Origin: an uncultured virus (IMG/VR IMGVR_UViG_3300035093_000027)
Lineage: Duplodnaviria; Heunggongvirae; Uroviricota; Caudoviricetes
Length of the DNA: 64,000 bases
Direction: 5' to 3' (one strand)
IMG/VR virus record: IMGVR_UViG_3300035093_000027
In this document: positions 1 to 9,160 of the stretch, piece by piece
Layout of the letters: the number at the start of each line of letters is the position of its first letter
Numbering within the stretch: the stretch's first letter is position 1
Notes under the pieces: model-generated
The model's database searches: none
What the model was told of the DNA's origin: nothing
What the model saw: only the letters and a program-made list of their open reading frames with translations
Program-made: the position numbers and the translations under genes

Positions 1-13
1 ACGCGCAGTCGCT

Positions 14-415
14 GTGCCGGCGGCGCTCGAGCCACCGCTGGTCGTGCCTACCCGATCGCGACCCCACGCGACTGCGCGCGGATCTGCACTGCCCCCGCCT
101 GTGCCAGCGCCAGTTCAAGCGTCGCGCGCCGTGGCCGTCGCGTCATCGCGGCAGATCCAAGGTCGGACCAACCGAGACGACACACCGCCCGCACCATCGA
201 AGCTGGGCGAGCTGCGCTCGATCATCGCGCGCATGCAGCAACGGATCGAGCAACTCGAGGCGGCCTCTGCGGGAGCGTCCGATAGCCAGGCGCGGATCGA
301 CCTGCTCGTCGAGATCCTGGACGAGGCCATCGAGATCATCTCGCTGCCCGACGGGGTCGTGAACCGCCGACGTCTGCGCCAGAGGATCGAGGAAGCCAGG
401 AAGGTGCTCGGATGA
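14..415 (+). CDS. Hypothetical protein with C-terminal coiled coil (probably 5'-truncated)
   Basis: ORF with heptad-like segment; stop overlaps next ATG at 412. Confidence 0.55.
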   Translation: MPAALEPPLVVPTRSRPHATARGSALPPPVPAPVQASRAVAVASSRQIQGRTNRDDTPPAPSKLGELRSIIARMQQRIEQLEAASAGASDSQARIDLLVEILDEAIEIISLPDGVVNRRRLRQRIEEARKVLG

Positions 416-510
416 ACCAGTCCACGCAAGCGATGATCGTGCTCTTCGCACCTGTGATCGTGCTGATCCTCGTCATCGTCCTCGACCAGATCTGGAGCCG
501 TCGCAAATGA
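412..510 (+). CDS. Small membrane peptide (32 aa)
   Basis: MNQSTQAMIVLFAPVIVLILVIVLDQIWSRRK; ATGA overlaps at both ends; not in ORF track. Confidence 0.55.
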   Translation: MNQSTQAMIVLFAPVIVLILVIVLDQIWSRRK

Positions 511-734
511 CCGTCATCGTCACCACCGCCTTCGAACACGACGGACGCAAGTTCACAGCAGAGGGCACGTGGACGCCGACGCCGGCGCGCTGCGGCTTCG
601 CGCCGACCGGCGACGTCGTGGTCGTCTGCGTGCTGTCGCGTGCAACCGGTGCCCGCATGGAACCCATCGAAGGAGGCGGACTCCACCGTGCGGCCAGCGC
701 GGCGATCCGCAAAGCAGCCAGAAAGGACTCGTGA
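507..734 (+). CDS. Hypothetical protein
   Basis: ATGA-coupled ORF in operon. Confidence 0.55.
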   Translation: MTVIVTTAFEHDGRKFTAEGTWTPTPARCGFAPTGDVVVVCVLSRATGARMEPIEGGGLHRAASAAIRKAARKDS

Positions 735-880
735 GCGATGAAACTGCAGCAGTTGATGGCACTCGCGGAGCGCGTGACGAGCAACACGAAAGAGCGACTG
801 CGCACCGTCCAACTCGTCGAGACGTTCAAGGACGCCAGCGGCACCCGCGTGCGCGCGAGCGAAGAACTGCTGGGGTCGTA

Positions 881-1483
881 ATGAGCAGTGGCAACGACAA
901 CCGACTCAACCTCGCTGAGATCCACTTCGACGTGTGGCCATACGGCGATGCGCTGTGGATCGAACGTCGTGCCATGGCGCGCGGTGAGCACCAACCGAAG
1001 CTGCTCGAAGGCGTCAACTTCTACATCGGCGGACCGGTGACGTATACGTCCGTCCACACCGCGATCCTCCGCACCGCGTCGCAGCTTCGAAGCCTCGCCT
1101 ACCTCGATAGCGCCCATGCTGTGGTGAAAGTGCACGCAGAGGAACGGCGCGCGCCCAAGATCGGAACGTTCGACGAAGCCTGCGGTGAAGTGAGCGATGA
1201 CGGCATCGACCTCGAGTTCGCCGGTGCGTGCCCGGTACAGGGCTACGGGATGGTGCATGGTAACCCCGCGTACTACCGCTCGCGCGGAACCGGATGGTCG
1301 CTCGATGTCTACGCAGTAGGCGTCGACGTCTGCTCCGAAGAAGACCCCACGGATCCGATCTTCTCTCACGACGAGAACCCGTACGCGTTCCCCGACGGGG
1401 GATGGATCCATCGAGACGAGTCGATCGCCAACATCCGCAAGGCCGCCGCCGCGTTCGCGGCGTGGAAGGCGGAGAACCCATGA
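881..1483 (+). CDS. Hypothetical protein
   Basis: ATG at 881 overlaps the TAA of a small upstream ORF (738-881); stop overlaps next start. Confidence 0.6.
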   Translation: MSSGNDNRLNLAEIHFDVWPYGDALWIERRAMARGEHQPKLLEGVNFYIGGPVTYTSVHTAILRTASQLRSLAYLDSAHAVVKVHAEERRAPKIGTFDEACGEVSDDGIDLEFAGACPVQGYGMVHGNPAYYRSRGTGWSLDVYAVGVDVCSEEDPTDPIFSHDENPYAFPDGGWIHRDESIANIRKAAAAFAAWKAENP

Positions 1484-2445
1484 GCGACGGAAGTTCGATC
1501 GAGTGGTGCCACGCTACGTGGACGATCGCGGTGGGTTGCACGCGCGTGAGCGCGGGCTGCGACAACTGCTACGCGATCAGCTTCGTGCACCGCGGACTGC
1601 ACGAGACGCACCGCGGGCTCACGAAGCTCCGCTCGAAGGACGCCGCACGTCCCGGCGTCGACTGGAACGGAACGGTGCGCACGCTGCCGGAGCGTCTCTC
1701 CGATCCGCTGAAGTGGAAGAAGCCGCGGCGCGTGTTCGTCGGATCGATCACCGATCTGTTCCACCCGTCGATCCCGTTCGAGTACATCGCGGCCGTCTTC
1801 GGAGTGATGGCCGCGTGCCCGCAGCACACGTTCCTCGTGCTGACGAAGCGTCCCGAGCGAGCGCGCGCGTTCTTCGACCACATTTTCGGGTTGGAGAACT
1901 GCGCCGAGACGGTCGCGTGGGAGGGCGAGCGGCACGGCGTGGTCTGGGACGCGCGCGGCAGCGAGGCGTTCCGCTACCCGCCGCATGAGCCGCTCAACCT
2001 CGCGAATCGCCGGGCATTCGAGTGGCCGCTCCCGAACGTCCAACTCGGCACGAGCGTCGAGGACCAGGCCACCGCCGACGCGCGGATCCCCGAGCTGCTG
2101 CAGTGCCCGGCCGCCGTGCACTGGGTGAGCCTCGAGCCGCAACTCGAATACGTGGTGCTGGCGAAGCGCATGCAGTCCGGCAACCGCACGTGGATGAACG
2201 CGCTCTACCACTTGGGTTGGTTAGTTGTTGGCGGAGAGTCTGGGCCCGGCGCTCGTCCGTTCCACGTCGAGTGGGCGCGCTCGTTGCTCGAGCAGGCCCG
2301 TGGTCTCGACACGAAGGTGTTCGTGAAACAGCTAGGCGCGCATCCGCAGTGGAACGATCCACGAGACGCCGTGTTCACCGACGACCGCAAGGGCGGCACG
2401 ATGGAGGACTGGCCGATCGACCTGCGCGTGCGCGAGGTGCGGTGA
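1480..2445 (+). CDS. DUF5131 (phage Gp37/Gp68) family radical-SAM-like protein
   Basis: SSIEW..ATW...GCTRVSAGCDNCYA, VFVGSITDLFH, LTKRPER, SLEPQL, VVGGESGPGARP, FVKQLG. Confidence 0.9.
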   Translation: MSDGSSIEWCHATWTIAVGCTRVSAGCDNCYAISFVHRGLHETHRGLTKLRSKDAARPGVDWNGTVRTLPERLSDPLKWKKPRRVFVGSITDLFHPSIPFEYIAAVFGVMAACPQHTFLVLTKRPERARAFFDHIFGLENCAETVAWEGERHGVVWDARGSEAFRYPPHEPLNLANRRAFEWPLPNVQLGTSVEDQATADARIPELLQCPAAVHWVSLEPQLEYVVLAKRMQSGNRTWMNALYHLGWLVVGGESGPGARPFHVEWARSLLEQARGLDTKVFVKQLGAHPQWNDPRDAVFTDDRKGGTMEDWPIDLRVREVR

Positions 2446-2461
2446 TGCGCGTGGAGACTCT

Positions 2462-3061
2462 GTGACCCGATCGCGCGGAATACGAAGGAGGCAGAAAGAG
2501 GACGTGATGGTCCGCTTCTGGCGGTATGTTCACAGCGAACCCAACACCGGTTGTTGGCTGTGGGTCGGAGCTCTGCATGAAGCGGGATACGGGATGCTCA
2601 ACGTCGACCAGCGCGCAGTCCGAGCCCACCGAATATCCTACGAACACTTCCGTGGCCCGATTCCCGCGGATCTCGAACTCGATCATCTCTGTCGGCAGCG
2701 ATGCTGCGTAAATCCTGATCATCTTGAGGCGGTCTCCCATCAGGAGAACATGCGCAGAGGGCAGCTCTTCGACCTTGGAGAGTTGTCGCGACGCAAGGAC
2801 TCGTGTCCTTTTGGGCACCCGTACGATGAGCAGAACACCGTGTCATACAGGGGCCACAGGAAATGCCGAGCCTGCCACACGCAGGACAGCAAGGCACGAA
2901 GCATTGCCGCTCGCTCTCCCGAGTATCCGATCCCGCATCAACGCCGGAAGACCCACTGCCCGCAAGGACACCCGTACAACTCCGAGAACACACGGCTGTA
3001 CCAAGGACGTCGTTACTGCAAGATTTGTCAGAAGCGACATCGAGACGCGCGGGTACGATGA
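2462..3061 (+). CDS. HNH endonuclease with two C-terminal Zn-binding repeats
   Basis: CWLWVG..GYG..RAHRISY..LDHLCRQRCCVNPDHLE; CPxGHPY..NT..RxCxxC twice; start may be ATG 2506. Confidence 0.9.
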   Translation: MTRSRGIRRRQKEDVMVRFWRYVHSEPNTGCWLWVGALHEAGYGMLNVDQRAVRAHRISYEHFRGPIPADLELDHLCRQRCCVNPDHLEAVSHQENMRRGQLFDLGELSRRKDSCPFGHPYDEQNTVSYRGHRKCRACHTQDSKARSIAARSPEYPIPHQRRKTHCPQGHPYNSENTRLYQGRRYCKICQKRHRDARVR

Positions 3062-3456
3062 TGCCGATCGTTGTAAATCGACATCACTTCATGTACGTCG
3101 ACGGCGTCGGTCCTCCGCCGAAAAAGAAGCCGCGCAAGGGCAAGAACTACCTTCCTGCGCCGTGGATCTACGTGGGCCGCAAGGTGTCCGGCCATCCGGG
3201 AGGATCTCCGCTTGCGAATCAGTATCGTCCGCGAAGCGCGAGCTTCGACGGCGAGGCGGTCACCCACGACGCGGCGCTGGCGCTCTACAGGCGCTGGTTG
3301 TGGCAGAAGATCCGCGGCAACGACTACTCCGTGCTGCTGGCCATGCGATCGATCACCGATGATTCCGCCCTCGTGTGCTCGTGCGCGCCGAAGGCCTGCC
3401 ATGCCGACATCGTGCTGCGCGCTTGGCAGTGGGTGCGCGCGCGTGGGATGCTATAG
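3058..3456 (+). CDS. DUF4326 family protein
   Basis: IYVGR..GSPLAN..YRRWL..LVCSCAPKACHADIV. Confidence 0.8.
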   Translation: MMPIVVNRHHFMYVDGVGPPPKKKPRKGKNYLPAPWIYVGRKVSGHPGGSPLANQYRPRSASFDGEAVTHDAALALYRRWLWQKIRGNDYSVLLAMRSITDDSALVCSCAPKACHADIVLRAWQWVRARGML

Positions 3457-3513
3457 CCCGGGCATTGCGTCCAAACGGCCATCGGTACGCGCAGGCCGTC
3501 GTACGTAGCCAAC

Positions 3514-4116
3514 GTGCTACGATCCATCATCCGCGAGGTCAGAGTGCCCACGCGTTCAGACACCGAGTACCACGAGCGTCGAAGCAAGACTGAACCCGGT
3601 TTGGAGGCTGTACGCCGCCGAGACACGGGTGATCGCGATGCGGAACGCGACCGAGAACGGGACGCGGCCGATCGGCCGACCGTACGGGAGCCCAAGCCGC
3701 AGAGCGGATGGAGCCTCGCGTTCTCGCGGTCGAACCTTCGCGTGAGGATCAGCATCACGATCCTGACGTCGCTCGTTGGCGCCCTCGTCATGGTGTGTAC
3801 GCACCTGTGGACGTACGTGAAGGGGATCAACGTCGACAACGGCGAGCGCGATGCCGCGCTGTCCGAGGTACGTGCGGTGCGAGAGCAACTCGACGAGCAC
3901 GAGGCGCGCATGGCCACGATGGTCGTCGGCTACAAGGCGGATCTCGAGCGCAGCGACAAGGCCTTGCGCATACTCGCGCACGTGCAACTGTTGCAGTGGT
4001 CGTACGTCACGACCGTCGTCGAGGCCGCGCAGAAGCGCAAACCGATCCCTGGCAAGCCACCCGCGCTGGTCGAGGCCGAGACGAAGGCTGCGATCGCGCT
4101 GCGAGATCAGCCGTGA
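3514..4116 (+). CDS. Single-TM coiled-coil membrane protein
   Basis: Hydrophobic ISITILTSLVGALVMV followed by helical region; start uncertain. Confidence 0.55.
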   Translation: MLRSIIREVRVPTRSDTEYHERRSKTEPGLEAVRRRDTGDRDAERDRERDAADRPTVREPKPQSGWSLAFSRSNLRVRISITILTSLVGALVMVCTHLWTYVKGINVDNGERDAALSEVRAVREQLDEHEARMATMVVGYKADLERSDKALRILAHVQLLQWSYVTTVVEAAQKRKPIPGKPPALVEAETKAAIALRDQP

Positions 4117-4457
4117 GCCGAGAGCAGCGGATCACCGACTTCCACCAGGCCAACGCGATCCAGGTCGACGCGCTCACGGAGTTGCGCAAGCGCTTCCGCG
4201 AGGACGGCATGGACGAGGAAGCTAGGATGGTCGATCGCTCGGTGGTGGAGCTACAGTTGCCGGGTGAACCGGCCGAGCGTGTGCGTCGAGCGATCCCGCA
4301 TATCAAGGCGCTGCGCGTGCGCATGGGCGAGATCGGCGAACCCGTGCTCGCACAGGCCGTCGAGAACGTGAAGCGCGTGCTGACGCGCTACGCGGACGAC
4401 ACGCTCACGGACACCCAAGAGATCGACGTCGACGAGATGGGCTTCCGCAAGAAGTAG
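4113..4457 (+). CDS. Hypothetical protein
   Basis: GTGA-coupled start, helical ORF. Confidence 0.6.
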   Translation: MSREQRITDFHQANAIQVDALTELRKRFREDGMDEEARMVDRSVVELQLPGEPAERVRRAIPHIKALRVRMGEIGEPVLAQAVENVKRVLTRYADDTLTDTQEIDVDEMGFRKK

Positions 4458-4464
4458 CGATCAT

Positions 4465-4941
4465 TCACTTCGGCAAGAGCGGAGAGCGTAGCCGACCATC
4501 GGGGAGCCGAATCTCGTTGGCGAAGTCGGGTCGGCGGTGGAACCTGCTTGCCGCGGTGATGATGTCTTCCTCGGACTCGCCGTCACGATACGTCACGTCA
4601 GTAAACGTGACATCGATCGCTTTTTTGCGAGAGCGTGTCTCCGACTTTTTCATATCCCACGCTCGTCCGACTTCGGCGAAGCGCTCTCCTTCGGCGGTGA
4701 GCTTCCATCCAGTTCGCGACACTTCACGATCCGTCTGTCCTGGCAGCTTGACGTCACGGACGAGATTCTGGGAATGCATAGACGCGGCAACCTTGAACTG
4801 CGAGAAGCTCGTCGGCTGCCATGGTTCATCCGACATGCCGAGCATCTTGATCAAGAGCGACCGCTGGCCCGGCGTCATCGCCTTCCACTGTCGGATGTCC
4901 TCGTCGTGCGACGACGCGTTCTTCTTCTTGGACTTGCTCAC
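4465..4941 (-). CDS. Hypothetical protein, possible winged HTH
   Basis: GGAG RBS; MTPGQRSLL...WKLTAEGERFA pattern. Confidence 0.6.
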   Translation of the reverse strand: MSKSKKKNASSHDEDIRQWKAMTPGQRSLLIKMLGMSDEPWQPTSFSQFKVAASMHSQNLVRDVKLPGQTDREVSRTGWKLTAEGERFAEVGRAWDMKKSETRSRKKAIDVTFTDVTYRDGESEEDIITAASRFHRRPDFANEIRLPDGRLRSPLLPK

Positions 4942-4944
4942 CGT

Positions 4945-5418
4945 TTACTCCTCCGGCGTGTTGCGGAGCGCCTCGACCTGCTCGCGCAGATCCTGCTCGT
5001 AGGCGTAGAACGCGATCTTCGTGATCACGTCGGTGACGCCAGTCGCACCCCACGTCGACGGATCCTCACCGATCGCGTCCTCGATGGACGTCCACTTGTC
5101 GGACTGTACGACGATGTCGAGCGCGTGGCGCGTGTACGTGACCGCGGAGTCTGCCGCCTCGTGGATGAGCGTGTCGACGCGATCGTTCACATCGTCCGAT
5201 CCCATGGCCTCGGCGAGGATGTCCTTCGCCGCCGCCCTGATCCCGCGGTAGTAGCGGGCTCGCGCGATCTGAGCTGCGTCTTCGAGCACCTTGTCGAACT
5301 CCGGTCCGTTGGGGAACTCGGACTTCGCTCGCATCGGTTTGTTCGTCGGTTCCTTGCCGCTCGATTTCTTCGAGCGCGCAGCCTTCGACGACTTGGTCTT
5401 GGTCTTGGTCTTCGCCAT
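4945..5418 (-). CDS. Ocr (T7 gp0.3)-like DNA-mimic anti-restriction protein with basic N-terminal extension
   Basis: IHEAADSAV and DVITKIAFYAYEQ resemble T7 Ocr IHMAADNAV and DVIRILQARIYEQ (recalled from memory) at similar spacing; acidic core. Confidence 0.7.
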   Translation of the reverse strand: MAKTKTKTKSSKAARSKKSSGKEPTNKPMRAKSEFPNGPEFDKVLEDAAQIARARYYRGIRAAAKDILAEAMGSDDVNDRVDTLIHEAADSAVTYTRHALDIVVQSDKWTSIEDAIGEDPSTWGATGVTDVITKIAFYAYEQDLREQVEALRNTPEE

Positions 5419-5502
5419 CTTCGTTGTCCGCAGCTCCTCGCCGCGTCCTGTGCCGTCTATGACGGCACATCGGGCGACGGCATTCCAGCTCCGCATGCGC
5501 TC
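5416..5502 (-). promoter_or_regulatory. Repeated cassette, copy 1: operator + ECF-like promoter + leader
   Basis: GAGCGCATGCGGAGCT-GGAAT-N17-CGTC...GGACGCGGCGAGGAGCTGCGGACAACGAAG-ATG; conserved blocks identical to 24562-24649. Confidence 0.75.
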
Positions 5503-5601
5503 CTCTGATCTGGTCATGAACCTGGTTCCGAACGTAGATTTCGACGTTTCGACATGGGGGCACCCCCCAGGGTGGTCACCTTTCGACTGGTATGCACGGG
5601 G

Positions 5602-5838
5602 ATGCCCAAGCAACCACCGCCACAGTCCGAAGACGACCTGCTACGACGCGACGAGGTCGCACGCATGTACGGCGTGGAGCCTGCCACCATCTCGGCGTGG
5701 CTGTACCGTAGAGATGGTCGTCTGCCTTCTCCGATTCGGATGGGACGTAACTACTTGCGTTGGAGAAGAGGCGACGTCCTCGCGCGTCTCCGTGCGATCG
5801 CAAAGGGTGAGGTGGCGGTGTTCCCTGGACGTCGTTGA
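5602..5838 (+). CDS. AlpA/excisionase-like HTH protein
   Basis: LLRRDEVARMYGVEPATISAW...LPSPIRMG..LRWRRGDV. Confidence 0.8.
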   Translation: MPKQPPPQSEDDLLRRDEVARMYGVEPATISAWLYRRDGRLPSPIRMGRNYLRWRRGDVLARLRAIAKGEVAVFPGRR

Positions 5839-6110
5839 CGCTCGAGGACGAATCGGCGCCGGCCGGTCGCCTTCGTGCTCGCGGTGCCTGTCGCCCATCA
5901 CAGCCAGCGATCAGACTGGGCCCGCCTGTGAGCGGGAGCGGCGAGATCCGCCGCGGACGTCGAGACTTCACAGCCTTTCGGGCTCCATCCCGACGAACAC
6001 CGTCTCCTACTACACGACCCGTGCCAACCATAGCGTCGTGACGTTCGTGGATGTCGGCCTGCAGTGCGCGCGGATCCGAGACAAGGATCCTTGTCGGTCC
6101 ACAAGGCCGC

Positions 6111-6887
6111 TTACGCCTGCTGGGCGACGAAGGCCTCGACGCGATCGCGCCACGCCTTGGTCTGCGCACCCGTCAGGTCGTGGCCCGAGCTCGTGAAGGC
6201 CTCGAAGCTTACGGGCGCCCCGCGCTCGGCCGCCCACGCCGCATTCTGCTGCGCGGCCGCGAACGGGATGGTCGTGTCGCGCGTGCCGTTGAGCATCACC
6301 GTCGGCGCCATGTTGGGGCGCCACAGACCCGACGGCATGTCGCCGTTGACCGCCACTGCTCCGCCGAGGAGCCGGCGGTGCTGGGTGGCCATCACGAGGG
6401 TCATCTCGCCGCCCGAGCTCGCCCCGGTGATGATGGGCTTGCCCAGCGTCGGTCGGCAGCGCGCGAGCGTCTTGACGAGCCGCGCGAGCCGCTCAGCGTG
6501 CTGCGCCCACGCGTGGGACTCGGCGTTGTCGAAGCCGCCCTCGAGCGTCGCCTTCAGCCCCGCCGGGAACCACATGTACCCGTGGATCGGCGACTCGAAG
6601 CCGCCCTCGGGAACGATGAGGCGTGCGCGTCCGATCCCGTTCATGCCCGACGCGTAGCCCTCGGGCGTCGCGTCGCGTGCGTGCAGGAGCACGACCATCG
6701 GCACGCGCTCCGAGCTCGACGCTCCGCCGCGCATGCGCTCGAGGTAGCGGACGCCCTCCGCGGTGCCTCCGTCCTCGCCGACGCCGCTGCAGTCGGGGCC
6801 GCCGAAGGCGTAGGCGATGCCGGCCGCGCCGAGCCCGGCAGCGGCTGCGCCAGCCGCTGCGACCCACGGCACCCACCTACGCGCCAT
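6111..6887 (-). CDS. Membrane-anchored alpha/beta hydrolase (phospholipase/carboxylesterase-like)
   Basis: N-terminal TM; VVLLH, nucleophile elbow GASSGG, NGTRD (Asp), SGH (His). Confidence 0.8.
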   Translation of the reverse strand: MARRWVPWVAAAGAAAAGLGAAGIAYAFGGPDCSGVGEDGGTAEGVRYLERMRGGASSSERVPMVVLLHARDATPEGYASGMNGIGRARLIVPEGGFESPIHGYMWFPAGLKATLEGGFDNAESHAWAQHAERLARLVKTLARCRPTLGKPIITGASSGGEMTLVMATQHRRLLGGAVAVNGDMPSGLWRPNMAPTVMLNGTRDTTIPFAAAQQNAAWAAERGAPVSFEAFTSSGHDLTGAQTKAWRDRVEAFVAQQA

Positions 6888-7140
6888 GGTCGATCTCCTG
6901 CGCGAGCTCGAAGTCGCTATCACGCAGCTCGAGCGTGTCGTGCCATGCACCGCCGGCCAGCGTGGCGTCGGGGACCCGGATCTCGACGAGGTAGACGCCG
7001 GGCCCGAGGAACGCGACGACGAGGCCGTCCGATCCGGACGGGTGCACGCGGATCGGCTCGGCGGCGCTCTGCAGGTTCGCGGTCGTGCGCACCGTCGCGC
7101 CGACGCGAGCATCGCTCACCGATCGCAGGGCTTCGTTCAT
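6877..7140 (-). CDS. Hypothetical protein
   Basis: Coupled ORF between hydrolase and transglycosylase. Confidence 0.55.
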   Translation of the reverse strand: MNEALRSVSDARVGATVRTTANLQSAAEPIRVHPSGSDGLVVAFLGPGVYLVEIRVPDATLAGGAWHDTLELRDSDFELAQEIDHGA

Positions 7141-7817
7141 CCGAAGAGTCCTCCGCACGCATTCAGCAGTTGCGCGTACCAGCCCATGCGCTCGCGCGTC
7201 GCCTCGACGTACTGTCGCACGTCGGACGACCACGTTCCGTTGGCCCCGCCTGCGCCCGCGTTGTATGCCGCGAACGCCCAGTCGGTGCCCTTGCCGGCGT
7301 CGATGAGCTTGCGCAGCAACGCGGCACCCAGCCACATGGACTGCCGCGGATCGCTGCGATCGACCCAGTCGGCGACGCCCTGCGCTTGGATCTTCGCGAG
7401 ACCCGGGTCGCGGTTGTTGGTCACCGCGGAGAAGGGCCACTTGTTGGCCTCGGCGAGATCCTTGAACACCGCGGCTGCGGTGCCGGGGATCATCTGCGTG
7501 AAGCCAGCGGCCACCGAGTTGTGCGCATCTGGATTCCAGCGCGACTCCGTGTGCACGATCGCGGCGAGCACCTCGGGGTCGAGCCCGAACTGGCTCGCGG
7601 CGTAGCGCGCCAGTGGCATGTACCGCCACGCGCGCTGCACCACCTCGTCGTTGACGTGGGTGCCGAGCGTCTGGCGATACGTATCGATCGAGCACGAGTC
7701 ACCTTCGGCTGGCCACGACGAGCTCGCCAACGCCGTGACCGCGTAGCCCGTCATGCCGATGGCCACTGCTCCGAGCGCAGCTCCTGTCCAGATCATCCAT
7801 GGGTCGAAGCGCTTCAT
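7137..7817 (-). CDS. Lytic transglycosylase (SLT domain) with N-terminal TM
   Basis: AIVHTESRWNPDA, GFTQMIPGTA, AFAAYNAG. Confidence 0.9.
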   Translation of the reverse strand: MKRFDPWMIWTGAALGAVAIGMTGYAVTALASSSWPAEGDSCSIDTYRQTLGTHVNDEVVQRAWRYMPLARYAASQFGLDPEVLAAIVHTESRWNPDAHNSVAAGFTQMIPGTAAAVFKDLAEANKWPFSAVTNNRDPGLAKIQAQGVADWVDRSDPRQSMWLGAALLRKLIDAGKGTDWAFAAYNAGAGGANGTWSSDVRQYVEATRERMGWYAQLLNACGGLFG

Positions 7818-8497
7818 GGGTTCGTCCCCGGACCGGCGGCCACGAGTAGGAGGTACGTGGGGTCGAGCAGCGCCGCAGGCGGAGCGCCGCCGTGCCACGG
7901 GAAGTTCTTGGTGGTGCCCGGCGCGTAGGTCTCGAAGTGCAGCATGTGGCTGTCGCAGTCGCTCTCACTGCCGACCATGCAGCCGATCCGTGCGATCTGT
8001 TGGCCCGCTCGCACTTGCGATCCGATGCCGACGCCGAAGTCGTTCCACGAGCCGGGGCGGATCTCGCCGTAGAGCGCAACGAAGCCGGGATGCGCCACGA
8101 GCATCGCAGACGTCCCGAGATGGAAGCTCTGCGTCGCGATGACGACGCCGTTCGCGATCGCGACGACGGGCTCGCCGTTGACGCCGTAGAGATCGACAGC
8201 CGCGTGGCGCCGTCCGTCTCGAGGCGCTCCAAAGGCACGCGACTGGTTGCCGTGCTTTCCGCCGTTGACGTCGACGTAGCCCACCTGACCGCGACGATCG
8301 TCACGGGTGAGCACGGGCCATACGACGCGACGAGGCACCGGTGCGAAGGGGGCAGGGCTCGGGCGCGGCGGCACGACGCCAGCGGGCAGACGCGGCGTCG
8401 AGAACAGCCCGACGACGCCGTAGCCCACCATGCCGAGCGCGACGGCGCCGAGTCCCGCGGCGGTCCAGATCTGCCACGCCTCGGGCTGGCGCGCCAT
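7814..8497 (-). CDS. M23 family peptidase with N-terminal TM
   Basis: FGAPR..RRHAAVDL, VRAGQQIARIG, HMLHFE. Confidence 0.9.
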   Translation of the reverse strand: MARQPEAWQIWTAAGLGAVALGMVGYGVVGLFSTPRLPAGVVPPRPSPAPFAPVPRRVVWPVLTRDDRRGQVGYVDVNGGKHGNQSRAFGAPRDGRRHAAVDLYGVNGEPVVAIANGVVIATQSFHLGTSAMLVAHPGFVALYGEIRPGSWNDFGVGIGSQVRAGQQIARIGCMVGSESDCDSHMLHFETYAPGTTKNFPWHGGAPPAALLDPTYLLLVAAGPGTNP

Positions 8498-8501
8498 GGC
8501 G

Positions 8502-8720
8502 TCAGCCCTTCTCGATGTACTCGCGGCTGAGGGTCTCGGAGTCGGCGAGCGCGACGATGGCCTTGTCGAGATCGCCGGCCTGCGCGTGGCGGGCCAGCCG
8601 CTCGCGCACCTCCGCGATCGTCTGGGCGCCGCGAGCCGCTTCGCGCACGACGACCGCGACGGTCTCGAGGATCGCCTCGCGGTTGCGGCGGGAGCCCAGG
8701 ATCTTCGACAGCCAACTCAT
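8502..8720 (-). CDS. Small hypothetical protein
   Basis: Coupled ORF with GGAGG RBS. Confidence 0.6.
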   Translation of the reverse strand: MSWLSKILGSRRNREAILETVAVVVREAARGAQTIAEVRERLARHAQAGDLDKAIVALADSETLSREYIEKG

Positions 8721-9160
8721 CGCAGCCCCTCCACGGCGTTCTCGGCCTGCTCGAGCGCGGGCGTGGCCTCGCGGATCTCCTCGAGCGCGGTCGCGATCTC
8801 GTCGTACGCGCGGGCCAGCGCCTCGAAGGCCTCGCGGACCTGGCCGATCTGGTCAGGCGCGAACCCCTTGCGACTCAGGCAGGCCTCGCGGGCTTCCGGC
8901 GTGGATGCGTCGCCGAGCTCGGCGCGGCAGACGTTGATCGCCTCGAGCGTCGCATCGCGGTAGGCGCGGGCGCCCTCGTTGGCGGCAACGTCGACGATGG
9001 CCATCGATTTGTCGGCGTAGCGCGTCGCGTCCGATAGCGTCTGCGCGCATCCGACGAGGGTGACGAGGCCGAAGATCCCGAACCACGTCGCGATCGCCAT
9101 CACGCGCACGTGCTCGTAGTGGCGGATGGCAGCGATGGCGGCTCGGTCGATGGGTGTCAT
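8717..9160 (-). CDS. Putative lipoprotein with helical ectodomain (spanin-like position)
   Basis: Hydrophobic stretch ending LVGC (lipobox-like), next to lysins. Confidence 0.5.
   Translation of the reverse strand: MTPIDRAAIAAIRHYEHVRVMAIATWFGIFGLVTLVGCAQTLSDATRYADKSMAIVDVAANEGARAYRDATLEAINVCRAELGDASTPEAREACLSRKGFAPDQIGQVREAFEALARAYDEIATALEEIREATPALEQAENAVEGLR

Noticed and set aside
1471..1483. C-terminal ENP of 881-1483 as an NP tag
   Set aside because: Explained by the overlapping RBS/start GGAGAACCCATG; the same caveat applies to KENPM at 62248-62262
5839..6110. Possible attachment site or tRNA in the gap after the AlpA-like gene
   Set aside because: No cloverleaf, core repeat or integrase visible
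6051..7928. Long antisense or alternative-frame ORFs (e.g. 6051-7928 +, 46289-48454 -, 53627-55072 -, 61864-63309 -)
   Set aside because: Arg/Ala-rich shadows of real genes in high-GC DNA, with no motifs or RBS, unlike the 27210-28226 overlap which has clear domains
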